A DNA stretch of 44,822 nt, taken from assembly GCA_040752415.1 (NCBI GenBank), contig JBFMGU010000065.1, positions 1 to 44,822 on the forward strand, in the 5' to 3' direction. Below are positions 13,029-26,306 of the stretch, piece after piece. The stretch is from Myxococcota bacterium. GTDB taxonomy: Bacteria > Myxococcota > JACRCW01. Each line of letters begins with the position of its first letter. Within the stretch, counting starts at the first letter, position 1. The position numbers were made by a program, and so were the translations under genes. Under the pieces are notes generated by a model. The model did no database searches. It was not told the origin of the DNA and worked only from the letters and a program-made list of their open reading frames with translations.

Positions 13029-13781
13029 TCAGGCCCCGCCGGCATCACACTGAATCGTCGCCCACCAGTTGAAGGGTCCCAGGACGCCAACGCCGCTGTT
13101 GCACGTGACCGTGCCGCTCACGGTGACTCCGTCGGACTGGAGTTGGCCGTCGTAGTGACAGTCGGTCACCGTGAAGATGTTGGGCTCGTCCACGCGCTCG
13201 ACGGAGACGTGGCCGTTCGCGTCCATCGTGACGGTCAGCACGGCAAACGTGTCGGGCTGATCAGGCATGGTCCAGTGGCCGTCAAAGACGTTGCTGGTTC
13301 CGCGCCGTGTCCAGGTGGCCCTCCAGGCTCCGTCGGTGTCGATCACGTCCCAGTGGTCCCCGAGGCCGCAGACGCTGCCGGGAATTCCGTCGGTGCCGTC
13401 CGTGCCGTCGGTGCCTCCCGTTCCGCTGATGATCACGTAGCTGGCAGGCCAGCTGCCATACGGGAGCGAGGTGATGCCGTTCCGCGTGGACCCTTGATAG
13501 CTGCTCTGGCCCGGACGCATCTCATAGGTGACCACACCGCCCGAGGCGTGGGTGATGGCGCCAGCGTGCACTGCCGCGGTGCAGATCTCGGAATCGTCGG
13601 TGTAGATGTCCGTGCCCCAGACGCTCCACATCACGAACTCGGGTGGGCACACCTGTTGGAACCGCTGCCAGGTCTGATCGCGGTGCTCGACGGCGTTGAC
13701 CGCGGCCGCGTCGCGCGGAGCAAGCACCACCAGCATCGTTGCAGTGAGGACCTCCGCCCAGGATGGCCAGCCTCGTCGCAT
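13029..13781 (-). CDS. Secreted LCCL-domain protein
   Basis: Start at MRRGW (AAAGGAG RBS); VWGTDIYTDDSEICTAAVHAG..G..SYQGSTRNGITS is the LCCL signature; GTD tandem linker. Confidence 0.85.
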   Translation of the reverse strand: MRRGWPSWAEVLTATMLVVLAPRDAAAVNAVEHRDQTWQRFQQVCPPEFVMWSVWGTDIYTDDSEICTAAVHAGAITHASGGVVTYEMRPGQSSYQGSTRNGITSLPYGSWPASYVIISGTGGTDGTDGTDGIPGSVCGLGDHWDVIDTDGAWRATWTRRGTSNVFDGHWTMPDQPDTFAVLTVTMDANGHVSVERVDEPNIFTVTDCHYDGQLQSDGVTVSGTVTCNSGVGVLGPFNWWATIQCDAGGA

Positions 13782-13929
13782 GGGCTCTCCTTTCACCGCC
13801 GTTCCCAATGCTCGCGCCTCCCACGGCGGTGACCAGTTCTTGTCAGCGACCTGACCCGACGTAACCCCGCGCCGGAACGTCCGCCGCAGCCCACGCACTG
13901 TCCGCGGCAGCGACATGAGGCGGTTGCAG

Positions 13930-14056
13930 GGTGTGGAACATGCTCGTGTCGTCGCTGGAGAAGCAGCACTCCGACGACGGCCTGATGGATGGCATGGGTA
14001 CCCTGACGCTGCTGCCCGCGGCATTCCACGCGCTCAAGAACCAGCGCTGAAACCCA
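13930..14056 (+). pseudogene. Direct repeat copy B: orphan, decayed 3' end of the 7326..7829 gene
   Basis: Translates VWNMLVSSLEKQHSDDGLMDGMGTLTLLPAAFHALKNQR* against VWNMHVSSLEKLQSGSGGGLMDGLGAMFAMTLLPDAAFNALKNQR*; in-frame stop a few codons upstream. Confidence 0.85.
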
Positions 14057-14057
14057 G

Positions 14058-19217
<5,160 letters not shown>

Positions 19218-19453
19218 AGTGACGCCGCCTCCGACGACGAGCAGAACAGAGGAGCCGGACCGCGGTCAATTCCGCGTCGCGGACCCGCCGCCAGCCACAG
19301 CTTGGCCGCGGAGAGAAGCGGAGCAGGCCGCGAAGGGCTTGCGTGGCTGATACTTGGGCAGTGAAGTGCGTGAAGGCCCCGCCGGCGTGTCGGCGTCTAC
19401 ATCTCACCTGAGGGACTGCGCCAGTTGCAGCGGTTGGCGTGATTCACCCGCGC

Positions 19454-19505
19454 TGACAGAGAATTGACATTCCCCTGACAATTCCCGCGCTCCGCGCCGT
19501 ATGGT
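19454..19505 (+). promoter_or_regulatory. Three TGACA direct repeats on an 11-bp phase (OmpR/PhoB-type box) and a candidate -10 TATGGT
   Basis: TGACA at 19454, 19465 and 19476; TATGGT at 19500-19505, with 6 nt between it and the kinase ATG. Confidence 0.7.
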
Positions 19506-19511
19506 GACGTC

Positions 19512-21062
19512 ATGCGTTGGCTGGCGGTGCCCATGGTTGTCGCGCTGATGATGGCGGGCGGCGCCACGTGGCTCCACGGCCGCGACGTGGCATGGCACAC
19601 CTTCTCCAAGGACCCCGCTGCCGCCGCGACCCGGATCAAGAGCGGGTTCCAATCGGCCCATCGCGCGGAGCTCTCGTTGACGCTCGCGGACCTTCCCCAC
19701 GGTGAGCGTGCCGAGGTCCTCATCGCTCCCGGCGCGGTGCTGCCCCGGGCTCACGCCTACAGCCCGCTCGTGCTGCGCGCCCTGTTGACCTACTCGCGCA
19801 CCTGCGCCCCGCACTCCGACGTCGACCGACGCGGCCTGGAGAAAGCGTGGACCTGGCACGAGTACCTGTGCGGCCAGCGAGACGCCTTGCCGGACAACTT
19901 CTTCGACGAAGAACCCCTGGTGCATCCGCTCGGTCAGTCCTTTGCACACCGTGCGTTCCGCACCAGCCGAAGCCCCTTTGTCGACGAGGCTTGGCTCGCC
20001 GCACACCTGCGCCACTTTCATGCGCTGGAGCTCGGCGCCCTTCCCTCGTCGTTGTTGCCGCCGGGGCTTCGGGTGCTCGCGGCCATGGAGCCTGGACAGT
20101 TGTCGTCGCTGGTGGAGTCAGCGCCGCTGATTCTCACGCGCGGTCACGTCCTGCTGCGGACCCCTTCCGTCGCCGCGGGCGAGCAGGGCGCGAGTTACGA
20201 CGTGTACCCGCGCGCGGCGTGGGATTCCTTCGTCTCGCAGTACGACCTGATCGCGCGGGAGCGGAGACCCGGCGTGGTGTGTTTCTCCTCGGAGGGACGC
20301 ATCTGCTGGTCGCCGAACGAGGCGCGCCTGGAGCTGCGAAGCCGTGCCGCGGCGGGGTTGGGAGCGGGGGCCGCGGTGATGCTGTTGGGGTCGGTCGTGT
20401 TCCTCGCGGTCCGTCGTGCCGCGGCGCAGAGGCAACAGCGCAAGGAGCGCATGCTCATCCTCCAGACCCTCACCCACGAACTGCGCACGCCCGCCACGAG
20501 CCTGCAGCTTTCGCTCGAAGCGTTCCGCCCCGGATTCGACACGCTCACCGACGAGCAGCAGACCGCCTTCCTGCGCATGTGCGACGAGGTCCAGCGCCTC
20601 AACCGGGTCATTGCGGGCAGCGCGCAGTACCTCGGGAGCGCGTCGGTGCGGCGCACCCTGGCCCCATCCATCCATGAGGTCCTGCGCCAGGTCCTCTCTC
20701 CCTACGACGAGCACGTGACGCTGACCCTCCCCACCACCGACGGGGCTTTTCCCCTGGATACCCACTGGCTGACGCTGTGCGTGCGCAACCTCGTCGACAA
20801 CGCGCTGGCCCACGGTCAGGCGCCGGTCACGGTCGTTGTCGAGCGCGCGCGCAACAGCCTCGCCATCCATGTGCGCGACGAGGGCCCCGGTCCCGCGGAG
20901 TCGCTCGAGCAGCTTCAGCAGGCCTTCTACAAAGGCGAGAGGAGTCGCGGCCTGGGGCTGGGATTGAGCATTGTGGCGACGGTGGCGGAGGCCATGGGCG
21001 GGACGCTGAAGCTGAGCAAGCAACCCACCACCTTCACCCTCGAGCTGCGGGAGGACGCATGA
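19512..21062 (+). CDS. vxrA: Sensor histidine kinase, VxrA/WigK-like (DUF3404-type periplasmic domain)
   Basis: Periplasmic region with YSRTC..YLCG..LPDNFF..PLVHPLGQSFA and C..EGRICW, recalled as matching VxrA; TM helix; H-box LQTLTHELRTP; N box NLVDNALAHG; DEGPG; GLGLGL. Confidence 0.8.
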   Translation: MRWLAVPMVVALMMAGGATWLHGRDVAWHTFSKDPAAAATRIKSGFQSAHRAELSLTLADLPHGERAEVLIAPGAVLPRAHAYSPLVLRALLTYSRTCAPHSDVDRRGLEKAWTWHEYLCGQRDALPDNFFDEEPLVHPLGQSFAHRAFRTSRSPFVDEAWLAAHLRHFHALELGALPSSLLPPGLRVLAAMEPGQLSSLVESAPLILTRGHVLLRTPSVAAGEQGASYDVYPRAAWDSFVSQYDLIARERRPGVVCFSSEGRICWSPNEARLELRSRAAAGLGAGAAVMLLGSVVFLAVRRAAAQRQQRKERMLILQTLTHELRTPATSLQLSLEAFRPGFDTLTDEQQTAFLRMCDEVQRLNRVIAGSAQYLGSASVRRTLAPSIHEVLRQVLSPYDEHVTLTLPTTDGAFPLDTHWLTLCVRNLVDNALAHGQAPVTVVVERARNSLAIHVRDEGPGPAESLEQLQQAFYKGERSRGLGLGLSIVATVAEAMGGTLKLSKQPTTFTLELREDA

Positions 21063-21727
21063 GCCGGGTTCTTGTCGTCGAGGATGAGCCAAATGTGCTC
21101 CGCCCGCTGGCAGACTATCTGCGCCGGGAGAAGCTGGAGGTGCTCGAGGCGGTGAGCCTGAAGGAAGCGCGCATGCAGCTCGGCGGGCACCCGCGCGTGG
21201 TGGTCCTGGATTGGATGCTTCCCGACGGGCAAGGCGTGGATTTCCTCCGCGACGTGCGCCGCAACGGCAACTCCGTCCCGGTCATCATGCTCACCGCGCG
21301 ACATGAGCTGATCGACAAGGTTCTCGGCCTCGAGCTCGGCGCCAACGACTACGTCACCAAACCCTTCGAGCCGCGCGAGCTGTTGGCGCGCATCCACGTG
21401 CAGCTCCGTTCCCGCGCCCCGTCTCCCGCTCCCACGCCGGTTCTCGACGTCGCGGGCATCCACATGGACCTCGAGACGCGCGAGGTGGCCTTCGCCGGCA
21501 GCGCGCTGGAGCTCACGAAGATGGAGTTCTCGCTCCTGAAGCTGCTCATGGAGAATCCCGGCCGGGTGTTCTCGAGGGAGGAGCTGCTCAACCGCGTCTG
21601 GGGCTTTGAGAGCTACCCCACCACGCGCACCATCGACACGCACATCCTCCAGCTCCGTCAGAAGTTCGGCGCGGAACGCTTCGAGACGGTGCGCGGAATC
21701 GGCTACCGACTCGTGGTCGCGAAATGA
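21059..21727 (+). CDS. vxrB: OmpR/PhoB-family response regulator, VxrB/WigR-like
   Basis: ATGA overlap with the kinase; VEDE, LDWMLPD, DYVTKPF; wHTH ELLNRVWG..YPTTRTIDTHILQLRQK..ETVRGIGY. Confidence 0.85.
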   Translation: MSRVLVVEDEPNVLRPLADYLRREKLEVLEAVSLKEARMQLGGHPRVVVLDWMLPDGQGVDFLRDVRRNGNSVPVIMLTARHELIDKVLGLELGANDYVTKPFEPRELLARIHVQLRSRAPSPAPTPVLDVAGIHMDLETREVAFAGSALELTKMEFSLLKLLMENPGRVFSREELLNRVWGFESYPTTRTIDTHILQLRQKFGAERFETVRGIGYRLVVAK

Positions 21728-21762
21728 CCATGAGTTCACAGGTTCCTGGCACGTCGCTGACA
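21725..21762 (+). promoter_or_regulatory. Second 11-bp-phased TGACA-like array (internal promoter for the third gene)
   Basis: TGACC 21725, TCACA 21736, TGGCA 21747, TGACA 21758. Confidence 0.55.
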
Positions 21763-21833
21763 ACGCAGGACCGGATGGCGGGCACATTCCCCGTTGCTGC
21801 AACGGAGCAGCCATCACTGTGGGGAAGAAGATC

Positions 21834-22763
21834 ATGACGAGGATTCTGGGAGTCGGTCTGGCGTTGGTGCTGATGACGTCGGGCGCGGCGGCGCAGGGCC
21901 AGGTGGTGACGCCGGCGTTGGTGGAGGCGCACGAGGCGTTTGCGGAGGGTGACTACCTCCGCATGACGCGCAAGCTGCGGGAGACGCTGGAGCAGAACCC
22001 CGAAGACGAGCACGTCCGCCGCAACGCCTTGGACCTGCTCGAGCGGGCGTACGCGCTCAACGGCGGCCGCGTTCCCGCCGACTGGAAGCTGCCCGCGGGC
22101 GTCCAGAGCATGCGCCTGTCCGTGGCGCGCAAGGCCGACGGTGAGGAGTTCCGCATCCGGCTGAGCGGTGAACTGGCGCGCGCCGGCATCGTCGAGGAGC
22201 TGCGGCTGGTGCAGTTTCCCTCACGCGTCATCCTGGACAAGCGCGCGGGCGTGGGCATCTGGGAGGAGCGGCAGCCCGCCGGGGAAGAGCCGGAGTACGA
22301 GCTCGTCCTCGACGACCAGCGCGACCCCATCGAGGAGGGCCTGTACACGCTGCATATCGCCACCACCGACGGTCACGCCGTGGACGGCCATGTCATTGTG
22401 AGCAATGTTGTCGCCACCGCCACGCCGGTGATCCGCTCCCCGGTTCCCGGTGAAACCCTGCGCTCCGACGAGGTTCGCTACCAGTGGGACGACTTTGTCT
22501 CGCCGCAGCGTAAAGCGTACGAGTGGCGTGGACTGTGGGTGGGCGTGGCCCGCTGCGCACCGCCGGCGTACGCCTGGGACGAGGTGTGGGGGCAGTACTT
22601 CGAGCACCCCAACGCCGCCTCCCCCGACGAGCTCAGGGCCAAACCGCTCCCCGCAGGCCGCTACTTCATGTACCTCTCCTTCAAGGAGACGCGTGCGTTT
22701 GGTGACGTCAAGGTTCGTCGCGAGAGCAACAACGCGGTGCCCTTCCACGTGGTGGATCCCTAA
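21834..22763 (+). CDS. vxrC: Periplasmic protein, VxrC-like (DUF2861)
   Basis: Signal peptide (..AAA|Q); TPALVEAHEAFAEGD.. helix and GLYTLHI..DG motif recalled from DUF2861; third position after the kinase and regulator. Confidence 0.6.
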   Translation: MTRILGVGLALVLMTSGAAAQGQVVTPALVEAHEAFAEGDYLRMTRKLRETLEQNPEDEHVRRNALDLLERAYALNGGRVPADWKLPAGVQSMRLSVARKADGEEFRIRLSGELARAGIVEELRLVQFPSRVILDKRAGVGIWEERQPAGEEPEYELVLDDQRDPIEEGLYTLHIATTDGHAVDGHVIVSNVVATATPVIRSPVPGETLRSDEVRYQWDDFVSPQRKAYEWRGLWVGVARCAPPAYAWDEVWGQYFEHPNAASPDELRAKPLPAGRYFMYLSFKETRAFGDVKVRRESNNAVPFHVVDP

Positions 22764-22823
22764 CCGCCGCTAAGCCAAGAGCGGCCCTTCTGAGCCGGCC
22801 GCGCCAGCGGTTCCTTCTCTGAT

Positions 22824-23003
22824 TGACCGGGGAAGTGATGGCCCGTGGGCGCGGAACCGCAGACAAGAATGGCTGCGCCACGGGCTTTGAGCCGTCGATG
22901 TCGTGCCCCACGGGGCATGGGTGGTCGGAGCGGGTTCAGCGGACCGTGGCGCAGCCATTCCCGTCTGCGATTCCGCGGCCAGAGTCCATCACCTCGCGGG
23001 TCA
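22824..23003. repeat. 180-bp fold-back element with two inverted GTGG-type REP-like units (REPIN-like)
   Basis: Arms 22824-22883 and 22944-23003 match at 50/60; each carries GTGGCGCAGCCATTCyyGTCTGCG; central TGCCCC-AC-GGGGCA hairpin. Confidence 0.85.
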
Positions 23004-23172
23004 GGTTCACCGCGCCACGGTCAACCTCAACGGGAACCCCTGTAAGCCTGGAGCGCATGATGCTGAGCGTTGCTTCCGTGCAAGGTGACAAGGTCGACGT
23101 CACCGTGTCGCCGGGGTGACGGATGGATCCCGCAGACGCCTGGATGTCTCCGAGACAGCGGCGCGTGGCAGC

Positions 23173-23188
23173 GGAATGACATCATTCC
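23173..23188. promoter_or_regulatory. Palindrome GGAATGA-CA-TCATTCC upstream of the MFS gene (TetR-like operator)
   Basis: Perfect 7-bp arms about 70 bp before the ATG. Confidence 0.45.
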
Positions 23189-23256
23189 AACGCGTTGGCA
23201 CGACGGCCCCCGTCCAGCGGCACCGCGGTACGAGCAGGACGGGAGGCTTGACTTGA

Positions 23257-24540
23257 ATGCGTACGAATCCAACACCACCTGCGGCAGATGCACCTGCAAC
23301 GGCCTTGAACATCTCTGAACGCACCGTGGTCTTTCTCGTCGGCGCGATTCAGTTCACCAACATCCTGGATTTCACCATGGTCATGCCCCTGGGTCCGGAC
23401 TTTGCGGCCGCCTTGGGCATCCCCGCCTCCAAGCTCGGCATGATCGGCGGCGTCTACACGCTGGCGGCCGCGGTGTCCGGGGTGGCGTGCTCGTTCTTCC
23501 TCGACCGGTTCGATCGTCGGAAGGCGCTGGCTGTCACCATGCTGGGTCTCACGGTGGCCACGGCGGCAGGCGGATTGGCGCAGGGGCTTGGGAGTCTGAT
23601 GCTTGCCCGGGCATTGGCGGGCGCTTTCGGCGGACCGGCGGCGTCGCTCAGCCTCTCCGCCACTGCTGACGTGGTGCCCTCGCACCGACGGGGAAAGGCC
23701 ATGGGCGCGGTGATGGGCGCGTTCTCATTGGCGAGCGTGTTGGGAGTCCCCGCCGGACTGGAGCTGGCCAGGCTGGGATCGTGGCGGACCCCATTCATCT
23801 CCGTGGCGGCGGTGGGTCTGGTGATCACCGTGCTTGCCCTGTTGATGCTTCCGCCGCTGCGTCTGCACCTGGAAGCCCAACCGCGAGCGGCAGGAAGCAC
23901 CCAACCCTCGCTGCGCGAGCTGTTGACGCGGCCCGTGGTGCAATGGACCTATGTCACGTGCGCGCTGGCCATGGTGAGCGGCTTCATCCTCATCCCCAAC
24001 CTGAGCACGTACGTGCAGCGGAATCTGGGTTACCCGCGTGAGGAGCTGGGCCAGCTCTACCTGTACGGTGGCATGCTCAGCTTCGTGGCCATGCGGGTTG
24101 CGGGAGTGCTGGTTGACCGTGTGGGCCCAACGTGGGTGATGGCAGGCGTGACGCTTCCCTTTCTGGGCGTGGTCTACACGGGCTTCGTCCTGCCTGTGCC
24201 GCCCGTGTCCGTCATGGCCATCTACATGATGCTCATGTGCGTCATGGGCTTTCGCGGAATCAGCTACAGCGCCCTCGCCTCCCGCGTGCCGCTTCCCCAC
24301 GAGCGTGCGCGCTTCATGTCTCTTCAGTCCGCGGTCCAGCACCTGGCGTCCACCGCGGGGGCGTTCGCCTCCACGCAGCTCCTCACGGAGTTGCCCGACC
24401 ATACGCTGGCCGGCATGCCGGTGGTTGCCGGCACCTCCATGGCGCTGTGCCTGCTGATGCCGCTGACACAGTTCCTTGTCGAGATGCGCGTACGCGCCCA
24501 GGAAACGATGACGGTGCGACGCGACGCCGCGCTCGCGTGA
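23257..24540 (+). CDS. MFS transporter (DHA1-like efflux)
   Basis: About 12 TM segments; motif A-like LDRFDRRK; LARALAGAFGG; RRGKAMGAVM. Confidence 0.92.
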   Translation: MRTNPTPPAADAPATALNISERTVVFLVGAIQFTNILDFTMVMPLGPDFAAALGIPASKLGMIGGVYTLAAAVSGVACSFFLDRFDRRKALAVTMLGLTVATAAGGLAQGLGSLMLARALAGAFGGPAASLSLSATADVVPSHRRGKAMGAVMGAFSLASVLGVPAGLELARLGSWRTPFISVAAVGLVITVLALLMLPPLRLHLEAQPRAAGSTQPSLRELLTRPVVQWTYVTCALAMVSGFILIPNLSTYVQRNLGYPREELGQLYLYGGMLSFVAMRVAGVLVDRVGPTWVMAGVTLPFLGVVYTGFVLPVPPVSVMAIYMMLMCVMGFRGISYSALASRVPLPHERARFMSLQSAVQHLASTAGAFASTQLLTELPDHTLAGMPVVAGTSMALCLLMPLTQFLVEMRVRAQETMTVRRDAALA

Positions 24541-24582
24541 TTCCAGGACGTCTGCGCTGGCCACTTCATCCCGTCGTCCTGT

Positions 24583-24621
24583 CTTACCTTCCGAGGTAAG
24601 CCGCTTACCTCCGGAGGCAAC
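24583..24621. repeat. Tandem 18-bp palindromes CTTACCTTCCGAGGTAAG / CTTACCTCCGGAGGCAAC
   Basis: Starts at 24583 and 24604, 21 bp apart, between convergent genes. Confidence 0.6.
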
Positions 24622-24660
24622 GCCGCCACGCTCTCGGCGCGGGAACCCGTCTCGTGCGGG

Positions 24661-25086
24661 TCAGACCACCAACGCGGCGGCGCGCAGCGTCAGCGCCAAC
24701 AACACCAGCGACGAGATGATGAACAGCGCGAAGCGCACGGGGATCTTGTTGATGAGCACCTGCACCAGGCTGTGCACCACGCGCAACAGCACGTAGGCCC
24801 ACGCCAGGCCGACGCTGGCGCGCGAGGCATCGCCCAGCACGGCGAGGCTGATGGCGACGGCATAGAACAGCGTCGGTTGCTCCATGAGGTGGTTGTAGTT
24901 GTCCGCCTTCCAGCGCACGCGCGGCGGCAACTGGTTCATCTGCTCACCGCGCGGCGCGTCCGAGCTCAGCACCATCTTCATGCGCACGATGGCGGGAATG
25001 CGCGTGGCGTACATCCAGGCCCAGATCACAAAGGACCACAGCACCAGCGCAATCACGGGGGCCAACATGGGACTCGGAACGGTCAT
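24661..25086 (-). CDS. MAPEG family membrane protein
   Basis: ADNYNHLMEQPTLFYA, AWAYVLLRVVHSLV. Confidence 0.9.
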   Translation of the reverse strand: MTVPSPMLAPVIALVLWSFVIWAWMYATRIPAIVRMKMVLSSDAPRGEQMNQLPPRVRWKADNYNHLMEQPTLFYAVAISLAVLGDASRASVGLAWAYVLLRVVHSLVQVLINKIPVRFALFIISSLVLLALTLRAAALVV

Positions 25087-25230
25087 GGAACACTCCGGTG
25101 GGTTTGAGGCCCGCCGGCTCTACATGGGCTCCGCGCGGGTGGGCAACATCCTCGACGTGGCGGGCGGCAACACCACGGCAGCGGTGACGACGCTACCAAC
25201 CGCGTCGACGCCGCAGGCCATTGAGCAGCG

Positions 25231-25680
25231 TCATTTGTACGGGCTGGCGAGAAAGCCCCAGAAGGGATACGCGAGCACGCCAAGACAGATCATCGCCGCC
25301 ACCTGCACGGCGCCCGCCACGTATCCCATTGCCGCGGGCCATTCCCAGGACGCCACCAGCTCGTTCGTCGCTCTGACAGCGCGGTTCATGGCGGGGAGCG
25401 TGGCCAGCAGGACCACCAGGAAACTCAACCCATCACGGAGCCGGTTGGCGCTCCGAGGAGAGAGCTCAAACAACGCCGCAACCTTCTTGGCCAGCCCAAA
25501 CCCGAACAGGAAGCACAGGAAGACGCCCGCAAGGAACAAGCCCCAAGCCAGCGCCAACGCCCCCCATGCCTGCAAGGTGTCCTTGTGATTCGCCAGGCAG
25601 GCCTCCCTCGCATCATCCGTGACCAACGCGCGAACCGCGACGACGACGACGACGTGGGCGCGCCTCCGCGGCAGAGTCAC
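25231..25680 (-). CDS. Hypothetical membrane protein (3 TM); start uncertain
   Basis: Three hydrophobic segments; the N-terminal part is unconvincing. Confidence 0.45.
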   Translation of the reverse strand: MTLPRRRAHVVVVVAVRALVTDDAREACLANHKDTLQAWGALALAWGLFLAGVFLCFLFGFGLAKKVAALFELSPRSANRLRDGLSFLVVLLATLPAMNRAVRATNELVASWEWPAAMGYVAGAVQVAAMICLGVLAYPFWGFLASPYK

Positions 25681-25745
25681 TCACTCGAAACGGGACGAAG
25701 GCGCCGTCCGTCCGAGCGGCACGTGCGTGTTGAACGACGACGGAG

Positions 25746-26306
25746 TCAGGGGCAGGGACCACCCGCCTGTACCCACGTGCGGAACCGCGCCACGAAGTCC
25801 GCGTGGCTGAGCGGCGGCAGCGTGCGACCACCTCCGGGGTTCCACCCGTAGAGCACCAGCGCATCCGCCTCGACGTGGTGCAGCAGTCCCGCCAGGTCCT
25901 TCCCGCCGTTCTGCGCGGGGTCCTTGAGCTGCGCACACAGCTCGGAAGCCGTCTTCCCCTGGAACACCATGGGCGTCTCCCTGGGCGGCATTCCCCATCC
26001 CGGCACCGCGGGCGGCAGGCCCTTCTCCGTCGAGACCGGCGTGGCGCGGTGACAGGTCTGACAGGACATGCCCACGCCCTGCAGCCCGCGACGGACCTGC
26101 ATGGCATGCGGCGTGGCGTCGTCACCGGTGTTGGGAACGTCGCCGTTGGGGTGACAGTTCACGCAGCGCGGAGACTGCAGCACCTTCACCACGTCGACAA
26201 ACGCGGCCACCGGGTCGCTGCTCGGAGCGGAACCCGTGGCCTCATCCTGCGCCAGCAGGGAGAGCGGCACCGCCGCCACCAGGACCACCAGACCCAGCGC
26301 TCTCAC
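25746..26306 (-). CDS. Di-heme c-type cytochrome associated with isoquinoline-1-oxidoreductase-type operons
   Basis: Signal peptide; CVNCH and CQTCH motifs; start overlaps the Mo-subunit stop. Confidence 0.85.
   Translation of the reverse strand: MRALGLVVLVAAVPLSLLAQDEATGSAPSSDPVAAFVDVVKVLQSPRCVNCHPNGDVPNTGDDATPHAMQVRRGLQGVGMSCQTCHRATPVSTEKGLPPAVPGWGMPPRETPMVFQGKTASELCAQLKDPAQNGGKDLAGLLHHVEADALVLYGWNPGGGRTLPPLSHADFVARFRTWVQAGGPCP

Noticed and set aside
13385..13420. 9-bp tandem repeat
   Set aside because: Simply encodes a GTD linker in the LCCL protein; in frame, no sign of phase variation.
7691..14056. DGR template/variable repeat pair
   Set aside because: About 6 of 10 mismatches have A in copy B, but others do not; there are three indels and no reverse transcriptase in the window. 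Decay explains it better.
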